In this document: positions 46,004 to 55,418 of the stretch, in pieces
How the letters are laid out: every line of letters starts with the position of its first letter
How positions within the stretch are numbered: position 1 is the first letter of the stretch
Origin: an uncultured Candidatus Binatia bacterium
GTDB taxonomy: Bacteria; Desulfobacterota; Binatia; UBA9968; JAJDTQ01
Assembly: GCA_965215605.1 (NCBI GenBank)
Contig: OZ244070.1
Coordinates: forward strand, 2,592,001-2,656,000
DNA: 64,000 nt
Reading direction: 5' to 3'
Translations under genes and position numbers: made by a program
The notes under the pieces: generated by a model
Seen by the model: the letters and a program-made list of their open reading frames with translations, nothing else
Database searches by the model: none
Told to the model about the DNA's origin: nothing

Positions 46004-46768
46004 TTACCGCTTGACGTGCGTGCTCACGCCCCGCAAACGTGGAGGATGAAGTTCGCTGTCGAAGACGCCCCGTTTCCCGCCGAGGAAATCCATTGCGTCA
46101 GTCCAGGCCCTGGCTTCCGCCGGGGTGATTTCGTCGTGCGCGCGGTGGTCGTGTTTCTCGATGAACCGGTCGAGGGTGTCGCGCAGGGCTTCGGCGGTCC
46201 GGCGTTGGATGTCCCGTAGATCGGCGAGGCGCGGATGGGCGGGGTGACTCTCCTCGGCGATGAGGAAATGCGGCACGCAGATGCCTGAAGAGCCACGGCA
46301 CTTCTCGGAGAACGTCTCGTCTCTCAGCAGGTCCAGCAGTTGCCGCAAATGGACGGACTCGGAACGGGCGGCGTGCACACAGGCGGGGCAGGTCGTCTTC
46401 TTGACTCGGGTGCGCAGGGTCGTGGCGGCGCGTGTCAGCCAACTCCTCAGGGCCCGCCATCCGGATGCGGGCCGCGGACCGGCCATTCCATGGAAACGGT
46501 TCAGCAGATCCTTCGCGATGATGGCGAAGCCCAGGTCCGGGGCGCTGGATGCCGGAAGGTCGCGCAGGAGCCACGTGTGCGGGTTGCAGAGGCCGAAGGA
46601 CTCGCGCAGCATCTCCCGCGTGGGCACGTCGGTGACCCGTTCGTAGAAGACACTGTCGAGGTAGGCGCGGCTGTCGTCGATGACGATGCCGCAGATGGGA
46701 CAGCCCGGCGCGTCGAGCCGGTCGAAGAGCTTGAAGTAGAAGCTGTCGTGGCGCGTCTGTTCGTTCAC
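46004..46768 (-). CDS. Hypothetical Cys/His-rich protein (DUF6062-like)
   Basis: Duplicated CPxC...GxCxxH motifs (CPIC/GLCNPH; CPAC/GICVPH). Confidence 0.7.
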   Translation of the reverse strand: MNEQTRHDSFYFKLFDRLDAPGCPICGIVIDDSRAYLDSVFYERVTDVPTREMLRESFGLCNPHTWLLRDLPASSAPDLGFAIIAKDLLNRFHGMAGPRPASGWRALRSWLTRAATTLRTRVKKTTCPACVHAARSESVHLRQLLDLLRDETFSEKCRGSSGICVPHFLIAEESHPAHPRLADLRDIQRRTAEALRDTLDRFIEKHDHRAHDEITPAEARAWTDAMDFLGGKRGVFDSELHPPRLRGVSTHVKR

Positions 46769-46804
46769 TTTACGCTGGCCGTGCCTGCCCCGCCCCGGCC
46801 CTTC

Positions 46805-46832
46805 CTGGATTCCCGCTTTCGCGGGAATGACG
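46805..46832 (-). repeat. REP-like palindrome, family B (reverse orientation)
   Basis: CTGGATTCCCGCTTTCGCGGGAATGACG. Confidence 0.8.
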
Positions 46833-46834
46833 GT

Positions 46835-49579
46835 TTACTTCTTCAGCGCCCGCCAGATCTTCTCGCCGGTCACCGGCAGGTCGGTGATGCGCGCGCCCAC
46901 GGCCTGGTCCACGGCGTTGGCGATGGCCGACGGCACGGGGAGGATGCCGCTCTCCCCCAGGCCCTTGGCGCCGTAGGGGCCGGCGCCGTTGCCGTTTTCG
47001 AAGAGGATGTTGATCTGCTCGTCCGGCAGGTCGGAGATCTTCGGCAGCCGGTAGGTGAGGGCGTCCGGCGTGAGCATCAGGCCGTTCTCGTACACGGTCT
47101 CCTCGAACATCGCCTGCCCGAGTCCCTGCAGGAAGGCGCCCTGTTCCTGGGTGTGGCAAACCTGGGGGTTGATGGCCTTGCCGGCGTCGGCGATGCCGAC
47201 GTACTTGAGCACCCGCACCTCCCCCGTGTCCCGGTCCACGTGGACCTTGGCCGCGCCCCATCCTACCTCCCAGAACGGCGCGCGGGCGCCGAGGGGGGCG
47301 TCGGGGTCGCGTTCGCTCACCTGGCGGCCTTCTCCCTTGATGATGCCGCCCGTGCCCTCGACGTGGCGGACCAGCGCCGAGAAGGGGAAGGCGATCTCCC
47401 CCAGGCGCACCTCGCCGTTGGCGAGGGTCGCGGCGGCGCCGGGGCTCTTTCCCAGTGAGCGGGCGGCCGCGACGAGCCGGTCGCGGACGGCCTGGGCGGC
47501 CTTCTGCACCGCGAGGCCCATGACGGTGGTGCCGCTGCTGGCGTAGGTGCCCATGTCGAAGGGGGTCGATTCGGTGTCCAGGGGCGCTACCTCAACGGCC
47601 GTGGGCCGCACGCCGAGCTCCTGCGCGGCGATGCGCGCCAGGGCGGTGTGGGAGCCCTGACCGATCTCGATAGTGCCCTCGTGCAGGGTGATCCGGCCGC
47701 CGTCGTCCACCTCCACCCGCGCGGACGAGATCTTGAAGTTGCCCCCGCCGTCCTTGCAGGCGCAACTGACGCCGACGCCGCAGTCCGGCTCCAGTTCCTC
47801 CCCCCAACCGATTTCCTTGGCGGCGCGCAGGAGTCCCTCCCGCAGGTCGGTGTCCAGAGGGGTTTCCCCGGGGGCGAACTCCTCGCCTTTTTCCAGGAGG
47901 TTCTTGAGCCGGAACTCCACCGGATCCCAGCCCATCTCCCGGGCGATCATGTCCATCTGCGATTCGTAGGCCCACGCCACCTGGGGCGTGCCCATGCCCC
48001 GGAACGCGCCGGCCGGCACCGTGTTGGTGTACACCGAGTAGGCGTGGGAGCGGATGTGGGGGATGCGGTACGGGCCGGGCGCACGGAAGCCCGTCTTCTG
48101 GGCGACCCGGGGACCCGAATCCGAGTAGGCGCCACCGTCCACGTGCACCAGGCAGTCCCGCGCCACGAGCTTGCCGTCCCGGTCCACGCCGGTGCGGAGC
48201 CTCACGCGGGCGGCCGGCTTGCTCACCGTGCGCGACTCGTCTTCCAGCGACAGGTGCAGGAACACCCGCCGCCCGGCCTTGCGGGACAGGGCCAGCGCCA
48301 AGGGCTCGAGCTTGGTGTGGTTCTTGTTGCCGTAGGTGCCTCCCACCAGCGGCACCACCACCCGCGCCTTCTCCCGCGGCACGCCGAACATCTCGGCCAG
48401 CTCGTTGCGGACGATGAACTGGTGCTGGGTGGAGCACCACAACGTGAACCCGTCGTCATGCCACTCGGCCACGGCGAGCTGCGGCTCCATGGAGTAGTGG
48501 GCGATCTTGGGGAAGTCGAAGGTGTGTTCGAAGATCCGTTCCGAGGCGGCGAACCCCGCGTCGACGTCGCCTTGGGCGCGCTCGTAGTGAAAGCTTACGT
48601 TGGCGTACTTCTTTGCTTCGTCGTCGACGCCAGGATATCCCGGAAAGCTCGGCGCGTCGTCGCTGACGGACTCGTGGAGGGGCGGTGCACCGGGATCAAG
48701 CGCCTCGTCCATGGTCATCAGCGCCGGCAGCGGCTCGTACTCCACATCGATGAGCCCGAGGGCGGCGGTAGCCGCTTCCAGCGTCTCGGCGGCCACCGCG
48801 GCTACGACGTCGCCGTCGTAGCGGACCTTGTCAATGGCCAGAACCGGAGTGTCCTTCACCAGCGGGCCGTGGAACGGCTCGATGTCCTTGAGGTCCGCGG
48901 CCGTGAGCACCGCCACGACCCCAGGATGGGCCTCGGCCGCGGAGGTGTCGATGCCGAGGATGCGGGCATGGGCGTGGGGGCTGCGCAGGACCCGCGCGTA
49001 GAGCATGCCCGGGTGCATCAGGTCGGCGGTGTAGACCGGCTCGCCCCGGACCTTGGCGGCGCCGTCGAGGCGGCGCTCGTCGAGGGGCCGCGGGGCCGGC
49101 GCATCCAGCCCGCGCAGCAGCGCGGCGGCACGATCGACCGACCGGATGATGGAAATGTAGCCGGTGCAGCGGCAGATGTTGCCGTCCAGGGCGGCCTTGA
49201 TCTCCTCCTCCGAGGGGTCCGGATTCTCGTCGAGCAGCGCGCGGGCGGCGAGGATCATACCCGGGGTGCAGAAGCCGCACTCGAAGCCGCTTTCCTCCCA
49301 GAACGCCTCCTGCACCGGGTCCAGCGCGTCGTCGCTGCCGAGGCCCTCGATGGTGGTCAGTGAGCGTCCGTCGATCTCGTGGGTGAGGGTCGTGCAGGCG
49401 CTCACCGGACGGCCGTCCAGCAGTACCGTGCAGGAGCCGCAAACCTCCACCTCGCAACTCGTCTTGGTGCCCCTGAGTCCCAGGGTGTGGCGCAGGAAGT
49501 CCGCCAGCAGCAGCTCCGGCGCCACGCTGGCGCGGCGCGCCTGTCCGTTCAACTCGAATTGAATCTGGATCTGGTTCAT
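46835..49579 (-). CDS. Xanthine dehydrogenase family protein, fused 2Fe-2S (CoxS-like) + molybdopterin-binding (CoxL-like) domains
   Basis: CEVEVCGSCT, ECGFCTPG, NICRCTGY, then RSPHAHA, VGGTYGNK, AFRGMG, GAKGLGE. Confidence 0.9.
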   Translation of the reverse strand: MNQIQIQFELNGQARRASVAPELLLADFLRHTLGLRGTKTSCEVEVCGSCTVLLDGRPVSACTTLTHEIDGRSLTTIEGLGSDDALDPVQEAFWEESGFECGFCTPGMILAARALLDENPDPSEEEIKAALDGNICRCTGYISIIRSVDRAAALLRGLDAPAPRPLDERRLDGAAKVRGEPVYTADLMHPGMLYARVLRSPHAHARILGIDTSAAEAHPGVVAVLTAADLKDIEPFHGPLVKDTPVLAIDKVRYDGDVVAAVAAETLEAATAALGLIDVEYEPLPALMTMDEALDPGAPPLHESVSDDAPSFPGYPGVDDEAKKYANVSFHYERAQGDVDAGFAASERIFEHTFDFPKIAHYSMEPQLAVAEWHDDGFTLWCSTQHQFIVRNELAEMFGVPREKARVVVPLVGGTYGNKNHTKLEPLALALSRKAGRRVFLHLSLEDESRTVSKPAARVRLRTGVDRDGKLVARDCLVHVDGGAYSDSGPRVAQKTGFRAPGPYRIPHIRSHAYSVYTNTVPAGAFRGMGTPQVAWAYESQMDMIAREMGWDPVEFRLKNLLEKGEEFAPGETPLDTDLREGLLRAAKEIGWGEELEPDCGVGVSCACKDGGGNFKISSARVEVDDGGRITLHEGTIEIGQGSHTALARIAAQELGVRPTAVEVAPLDTESTPFDMGTYASSGTTVMGLAVQKAAQAVRDRLVAAARSLGKSPGAAATLANGEVRLGEIAFPFSALVRHVEGTGGIIKGEGRQVSERDPDAPLGARAPFWEVGWGAAKVHVDRDTGEVRVLKYVGIADAGKAINPQVCHTQEQGAFLQGLGQAMFEETVYENGLMLTPDALTYRLPKISDLPDEQINILFENGNGAGPYGAKGLGESGILPVPSAIANAVDQAVGARITDLPVTGEKIWRALKK

Positions 49580-49646
49580 GGGTTCCTCGGTGCGGATGCC
49601 GCGTGGGCGGCCTCTTCGAATACGGGCTCAGGACCAGTAATACGGC

Positions 49647-51092
49647 TCAGGACCAGTACGTGGTGCGGTCCACCGGGATGTGCGCCAGCACTTCGCCGGG
49701 GATATAGTCCTCCACCTTGATGCGGGCCATGGCCTCGTCGGGGACCTTGGATACGGGCGAGAAGGGGCGGTCCAGGGGCCGGGTGGCGTCGATGATCATC
49801 ACCGAGGTCTTGGTCTCGTCCACCACCGTCGGGTCGAGATAGTTGCCGGTGAAGGTGGGCTGCATGATCGACACCTGCCGGTGGGGCTGCACCCGTGTGG
49901 CCACCGCCCACAGGATCTCGGTGGGGTTGTAGACGTCGATGTCGTCGTCGAACACGAAGATGTTCTTGGCGTGGAGCTCGGTGAGGGCGGCGGCCGCGGC
50001 GCGGCCGGGGTCGCCCTCGGACAGCTTCTTCATGGCGATGAAGATGTTGTAGTGGGCGTGGCGGCCGGCCTTGCACACGGCCGTGACTCCGGGCACGGCT
50101 TCGCGGATCCGCCTCAGGTAGGCGCCCTCGCGCGGCAGGTCGAGCCAGGGCTTGTCGCCCTCGGGGGTGATGACCGACTGGTACATGCCGTTGCTTCGGA
50201 AGTTGATAGCGCGCACCTCGTAGCGGCAGGCCGAGAAGAAGCGCTGCGGTCCGAGGTAGCCGGGCGCCTCGCCGAAGGGGCCGTCCACCATGCGCTCGCC
50301 CGGGATCAGCGCCCCTTCGATGACGATCTCGGCGTCCGCCGGGATCAGCAGGTCGTCGCCCCACGTCGTGGACGGCGTCACCCGCAGCGGCTCCCGCAGG
50401 TAGGCGCCCATGACGTCGTACTCGCTCACCTCGAACGGCCCGGTGTAGCAGGCGCCCATGTAGAACGCCGGGTGGTGCCCCAGCACCGTGGCCACCGGAC
50501 ACTCCAGTCCCTGATCCTCGTGGTCCCGGAAGATGATCCACTGGTGGTGCTGCGAGTGGTAGTGGGTGGTGACGTTCTTCGACTTGATCTCCATGCGGTG
50601 GTAGGAGGCGTTGTAGATTCCTTGGCTGCGGTCCTTGGCGATGGTGCACAGGGTGATGTAGGGGCCGCCGTCCATGTAGTGATGCCGCATGATGGGCAGC
50701 TCGTAGAGGTCCACGGCGTCGCCGCTTCGGACGTTCTCCATCACCGGCGCCTCGCGGTTCTCCACCACCACCGGCGCGACGCGGTTCCTTTCGATGTCCA
50801 CGCAGGCCTCGGCCATCTGCGCCCGGGTCATCTCCTTGGGCAGGCCGAGCGCGATCTGGGTCTTGCGCTGGGAGATGGTGAAGTTCATCACCAGCTTGAA
50901 ATCGCTGACCCGGCCGTGCAGGTTGCGCGGCCGGTCGAACACGAGCAGCGGGAACTTACGGTCGGCCCCCAGGTGCTTGATGATGGCGCTTACATCGTAG
51001 TGGGCAGGATCCACCTCCCGCTCCACGTGCACCACCTCGTTGGGGATCTCGCGGCGGCAGTCCTCCAGGAAGCTGCTCAGGCTCTTGGGCAT
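49647..51092 (-). CDS. UbiD family (prFMN-dependent) decarboxylase
   Basis: DLYELP, DGGPYIT, YNASYHR, EIVIEG, DGPFGEAPGY, VFDDDIDV, IIDATRP; start at MPKSL. Confidence 0.9.
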   Translation of the reverse strand: MPKSLSSFLEDCRREIPNEVVHVEREVDPAHYDVSAIIKHLGADRKFPLLVFDRPRNLHGRVSDFKLVMNFTISQRKTQIALGLPKEMTRAQMAEACVDIERNRVAPVVVENREAPVMENVRSGDAVDLYELPIMRHHYMDGGPYITLCTIAKDRSQGIYNASYHRMEIKSKNVTTHYHSQHHQWIIFRDHEDQGLECPVATVLGHHPAFYMGACYTGPFEVSEYDVMGAYLREPLRVTPSTTWGDDLLIPADAEIVIEGALIPGERMVDGPFGEAPGYLGPQRFFSACRYEVRAINFRSNGMYQSVITPEGDKPWLDLPREGAYLRRIREAVPGVTAVCKAGRHAHYNIFIAMKKLSEGDPGRAAAAALTELHAKNIFVFDDDIDVYNPTEILWAVATRVQPHRQVSIMQPTFTGNYLDPTVVDETKTSVMIIDATRPLDRPFSPVSKVPDEAMARIKVEDYIPGEVLAHIPVDRTTYWS

Positions 51093-51175
51093 GCAGGTAC
51101 TCCTTCGTCCGGGGGCCGGCCGCGTTCGGGTCAGGCCGCGTGGGCGTTCTCGCCTTGCGGGGGAAGTTCCGGAAG

Positions 51176-51991
51176 CTATTCGATGTCCGAATGGCGTCGC
51201 GGAATCACCACGAGATTCGCCGTGACCTCCGAGACATCCGGGATGGACTTGAGGGTCGCCACCACCCCTTCCACCGTTACCGGACTGGAGACCATGCCGG
51301 ACACCGTCACCGTCCCCCTGTGAGCCTTCACGTCGATGGGCAGATCGCGGTACAGCTCGGAACGGAGCAGCGTCGCCTGGGTCTTCCTGGCCAGCGCCAA
51401 GTCTTCGAAGGATTGCATGGAGTCCGGGGTCTCCGCGAACGCTCCCTGCCGGGCGGCGGTGGTGACCACCTCGCTCGCCGCTTCCGTGCCCATGGCCAGG
51501 TTTAGCATCAGGTGGTACCGGCTGGGGTCCTGCCAGTCGTTGCCAAACAGGGCCATGAGCCGCCGGCTGCGGGCCCTGTCGGTGTGCTCGAGTTGCCTGC
51601 GGATGACGCCCTCGTCCACCGCGAGGCGTGCCCGGAGCCGGTCCACGCGTAGCTCCATGGGGCCGGTCACACAGACCTTCAGCACATGGGCAATGCCCGG
51701 GAGGAGCTCGTGTCCCACGTGTCCGTGGTAGACCATCGGGCCGGCTTGCGCCATCTCGCACATGGCGGCCTGGAGCGCAATGCGGTAGGGCCGCAGGTCA
51801 TGCAGCCACTGGTCCCACCAGTGGGGCTCCTTCTCCGTAATCTCGTCGAGCTTGGCGCGGGGCACGCCGTAGTGTGCAAGAGTGGCCGCCAAGTCCTGGC
51901 GGCCGACGCACTTGTAGTCCAGGGACTGCGCAACCCGGTTGGCGACTTCCTCAGCTCCGGAGATGCCTTCGTAGATCACGATAACGGACAT
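51176..51991 (-). CDS. Cytidylate kinase-like family protein with C-terminal BON domain
   Basis: VYHGHVGH, DPSRYHLMLN, IDVKAHRGTVTVSG...IPDVSEV. Confidence 0.72.
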   Translation of the reverse strand: MSVIVIYEGISGAEEVANRVAQSLDYKCVGRQDLAATLAHYGVPRAKLDEITEKEPHWWDQWLHDLRPYRIALQAAMCEMAQAGPMVYHGHVGHELLPGIAHVLKVCVTGPMELRVDRLRARLAVDEGVIRRQLEHTDRARSRRLMALFGNDWQDPSRYHLMLNLAMGTEAASEVVTTAARQGAFAETPDSMQSFEDLALARKTQATLLRSELYRDLPIDVKAHRGTVTVSGMVSSPVTVEGVVATLKSIPDVSEVTANLVVIPRRHSDIE

Positions 51992-52128
51992 GACGGGCCT
52001 CCTTTCCGCAATCAACCAACGGTACGCCGAGCACGACTCGCATCCAACTCGAGCATACTGACAGGACAAGGAATAGGCAACGCCCCCGTCACCCCGGCCC
52101 CATCTTTGTCAGCCCCGCCCCACCTCCC

Positions 52129-52157
52129 CGTCATCCCGGGCTTGACCCGGGATCCAG
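52129..52157 (+). repeat. REP-like palindrome, family A, preceded by two degenerate half copies
   Basis: CGTCATCCCGGGCTTGACCCGGGATCCAG; partial copies at ~52087 and ~52108. Confidence 0.8.
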
Positions 52158-52206
52158 ACGGGGAAGGGAGGCGGCGGCCGGCCGCTCATGTTATGTGGAA
52201 TGGGCG

Positions 52207-54084
52207 ATGTCGTGGCACTTGAACCGAACGGTTACGTCGTGGATTTGCCTCGCGGCGATTTGCGCTCTGCTGCTCACGGTTTCGACGGAAGGGTCTACCC
52301 CTCCTGGCGGCGAGGGTTCCGTCCGGGAAACGCGCACGGCCCAGGCTGCCGGCGCCGTTCCCATCGGGCGCATCCAAGGACGAAGCCACATCTCGCCGTT
52401 CCGCGGACAGCGGGTCACCACAGTCGGGATCGTCACGGCCGTCGATACCGACGGGTTCTACCTGCAAGACGCGGCCGGCGACGGCGACCCCGATACCTCG
52501 GACGGCGTCTTCGTCTTCACCCGGCGGACGCCGGACGTGGCCGTGGGCGACGAGTTGCGCGTGCGCGGGGTGGTGGCGGAGTACCAGCCCGGCGGCGCGA
52601 AGACCCACAATCTGACGATCACGCAGATCACCCGCCCGAGGATAACGCGTGTGTCCCGCCGCAACCGGGTACCCGCGCCGGTGGTGCTGGGGGCGGGCGG
52701 ACGCGTCCCGCCCCACGGGATCATCGACAACGACGGTTTCGCCGTCTTCGATCCGCACGAGGACGGCATCGACTTCTACGAGGCACTGGAAGGCATGCGG
52801 GTCACCGTAAGGAGCGCCGTCGCCGTGAGCCCCACCAGCCGCTTCGGCGAGATCTTCGTCCGGGCCCGAGGCGCCTCTCCTTCCAGTCTGGGCAAACGCG
52901 GCACGCTGACGATCCGTCCGGACGACTTCAACCCCGAACGCATCCAGATCGATGACGACTTCGGACTCAGTCCGATGGCGACGCCGCACGTCAGGTCAGG
53001 GGATTCATTGGGCGATGTTACCGGTGTGGTGGGTTACGGCTTCGGCAACTACGAGGTGCGTTTCACCGAGGCGTTCTCACCTGGGCGGGGGCCGTTGAAA
53101 CCGGAGACCACCCGCCTGAAACCCGCCGGCGGTTCCCTCACCATCGCGTCCTTCAACGTGCTCAACCTCGACCCCAACGACGGGGACGGGGACACGGACG
53201 TGGCCGGCGGGCGATTCGACGCGGTCGCCGCCATCGTCGCCAGGAACCTGCGCTCCCCCGACATCGTCGCGCTCCAGGAAGTGCAGGACAACGACGGCTC
53301 CGCAAAGACGCGGCTCAAGGCTGCCGACGCCACTCTGCGGCTGCTGGTGGATCGCATCGCCGCCCTGGGCTCGGTCCGCTACCGTTTCATCGACCATCCC
53401 TTCATCGGCGGCGGCACCAACGGCGGACAGCCCGGCGGCAACATCCGCGTGGCCTTCCTCTACAACCCGGCGCGCGTGGAACTCGTCCCGGGCTCCGTGG
53501 CAACTGTCACCGACCCCGCGGATCAGCGCACCAACCCGAGAAACCCGTTCTTCAACGGCCGGCTGCCGCTGGCGGCCTCGTTCCGGTCCCGGGCGCCGGC
53601 TGGCGCGGCCGTGACCGTGGTCAACAATCATTTCAACTCCAAGCGCGGCAGCGCTCCGCTGTTCGGGCAGGTGCAGCCCTTCACGGAACGGCAGGAGGAT
53701 CCTGCGGTCAACGGCGGGGTGGAGCGCCGCCGGAGGCAAGCGCGCGCCGTCCGCGATTTCGTGGCGCGCAAGTTGGCCGCGCGCGGGGACGCACATATCG
53801 TCGTCGTCGGCGACTTCAACGAGTTCCAGTTCGTGTCCCCGCTGAAGATCCTCGAAGAACGCCTCCACAACCTCACCAACGATCTCCCGGCCAACGAGCG
53901 CTACAGCTACATCTTCGAGGGCAACGCCCAGTCCCTGGACCACATCCTGGTGAGTCCGTCATTGAAGGCGGCGGCCGAGGTGGACATCGTTCACGTCAAC
54001 GCCGAGTTCGCCGAGACCGCGGCGCGGGCCAGCGATCACGATCCGCTGGTGGTGCGGGTTCGGCTGCCCCGGCGGTCCCCGTGA
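52207..54084 (+). CDS. Secreted nuclease, OB-fold + endonuclease/exonuclease/phosphatase domain
   Basis: Signal peptide, IQGRSHISP, GFYLQD, EALEGMRV, ASFNVLN, LQEVQD, GDFN, SLDHIL, ASDHDP. Confidence 0.85.
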   Translation: MSWHLNRTVTSWICLAAICALLLTVSTEGSTPPGGEGSVRETRTAQAAGAVPIGRIQGRSHISPFRGQRVTTVGIVTAVDTDGFYLQDAAGDGDPDTSDGVFVFTRRTPDVAVGDELRVRGVVAEYQPGGAKTHNLTITQITRPRITRVSRRNRVPAPVVLGAGGRVPPHGIIDNDGFAVFDPHEDGIDFYEALEGMRVTVRSAVAVSPTSRFGEIFVRARGASPSSLGKRGTLTIRPDDFNPERIQIDDDFGLSPMATPHVRSGDSLGDVTGVVGYGFGNYEVRFTEAFSPGRGPLKPETTRLKPAGGSLTIASFNVLNLDPNDGDGDTDVAGGRFDAVAAIVARNLRSPDIVALQEVQDNDGSAKTRLKAADATLRLLVDRIAALGSVRYRFIDHPFIGGGTNGGQPGGNIRVAFLYNPARVELVPGSVATVTDPADQRTNPRNPFFNGRLPLAASFRSRAPAGAAVTVVNNHFNSKRGSAPLFGQVQPFTERQEDPAVNGGVERRRRQARAVRDFVARKLAARGDAHIVVVGDFNEFQFVSPLKILEERLHNLTNDLPANERYSYIFEGNAQSLDHILVSPSLKAAAEVDIVHVNAEFAETAARASDHDPLVVRVRLPRRSP

Positions 54085-54127
54085 AATGGATGACGCTGAC
54101 CGAGGCTCCTGTCTCGTCTCGCAGGTT

Positions 54128-55375
54128 TCAGGCCATGTCGTAGGGGACGGCGATGATGTCGTCGGCCACCAGGGCGGTCTCACGCACCCCGGCCACCACC
54201 ACGCCGATGCCGTGCTTGAGACGAGGATACGTCTCCCGGAACGCTCGTATGCCGCTGGTGTCCGCGCGCGTGACGCGTGCGCTGCTCTTTGCTTCCACGG
54301 CGACGAACATTCCGTCCCTCTCGATTAGCAGGTCCACCTCGCTGCCGGAGTGTGCGCGCCAGTGATGGGCGGCCGGCGGATGGCTCATGGTCTGCGTCTG
54401 CTTGAGCAGGTCCAGGACGACATGGGTCTCGAACAGCGCGCCCTGGATCGGATTGGACATCAGCGCCGTTGGGCTGGAAATGCGCTGAGTCCATGCCGCC
54501 AGTCCGGTGTCGGCAAAGTAGCCCTTGGGGCGCTTGGAGATTCGTTTGGTGGGATTGCCGGAATACGCCGGGACCTCAAGCCACTGAAAGGTCGCTCGCA
54601 GGACGGCCAGCCAGCGCTGCGCCGTGTGGTATGTGATGCCGAGCTCACGCCCGAGTTGGGTGTGATTGATCTCCTGGCCGGAGTGGGCGGCACAAAGGCC
54701 TACAAAGCGGGCGAAGAGGTTTGCGTCCTCGACGGTGGCAACGCGCCGGACGTCGCGTTCGATGTAGGTGCGCATATAGGATGCGAACAAGTCGGGCAGT
54801 GTCGCGTCCTCATGGTCGAGGTGTCCGGGGAAGCCGCCCCGCCACAGACGGCTTGCCAGGGACGGCTCGATGGTTCGAGGCGCGAGCCGTCCACGGTTAC
54901 GCAACCGGTCTGCCGGGTCGGCTGCGAACAGATCTTCGACCCATGTCCCCCCGGTGGTCGCTCCATGGCAGCGTTCGGCCAACGACAAGAAGGGAAGATC
55001 CAGTACCGCCACGCGCCCTGCCATGCTCTCGCTGACGGAACTGAGCAGCATGAGGTTCTGGGAACCGGTGAGCAGGTACTGACCGGGGCGGGGATCTTCG
55101 TCCACACGCCGTTTGATGACCCCAAGCAGGTCCGGCACGTATTGAACCTCGTCGAGGATGAGCGGCGGCTGGTACTGGTCGAGGAACAGTTCAGGGTCTT
55201 CTCGCGCGTTGTTGACGTCGATGACCGGGTCGAATACAACACGGTGGGCGTCCGGGGCCAAGTGAGACAGGAGCGTGCTCTTGCCAGCCTGTCGCGCCCC
55301 CAGCATCAGGATCACCGGCACGGCTTGACGCAGGCGCGCTATTCTGGCTTCGAGGTGACGTTGCCGGTACTCCAC
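54128..55375 (-). CDS. ATP-binding protein (AAA_14 ATPase + DUF4143-type domain)
   Basis: GARQAGKST, LDEVQ, LTGSQ, ESMAGR, TYIERDV, KRPKGYFADTG, EVDL...VEAK. Confidence 0.87.
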   Translation of the reverse strand: MEYRQRHLEARIARLRQAVPVILMLGARQAGKSTLLSHLAPDAHRVVFDPVIDVNNAREDPELFLDQYQPPLILDEVQYVPDLLGVIKRRVDEDPRPGQYLLTGSQNLMLLSSVSESMAGRVAVLDLPFLSLAERCHGATTGGTWVEDLFAADPADRLRNRGRLAPRTIEPSLASRLWRGGFPGHLDHEDATLPDLFASYMRTYIERDVRRVATVEDANLFARFVGLCAAHSGQEINHTQLGRELGITYHTAQRWLAVLRATFQWLEVPAYSGNPTKRISKRPKGYFADTGLAAWTQRISSPTALMSNPIQGALFETHVVLDLLKQTQTMSHPPAAHHWRAHSGSEVDLLIERDGMFVAVEAKSSARVTRADTSGIRAFRETYPRLKHGIGVVVAGVRETALVADDIIAVPYDMA

Positions 55376-55418
55376 ATGGGAAAAATAGCCTTATCGCTTC
55401 TGTTTTTCAAGGATTGAG

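Noticed and set aside
37135-49579. Aerobic CO dehydrogenase (CoxL)
   Set aside because: Neither Mo subunit has AYxCSFR (form I) or AYRGAGR (form II); no coxM/coxDEFG
51093-51761. 704-aa UbiD fusion protein
   Set aside because: The extension overlaps the CMK-like/BON gene in another frame; UbiD begins at MPKSL (51092)
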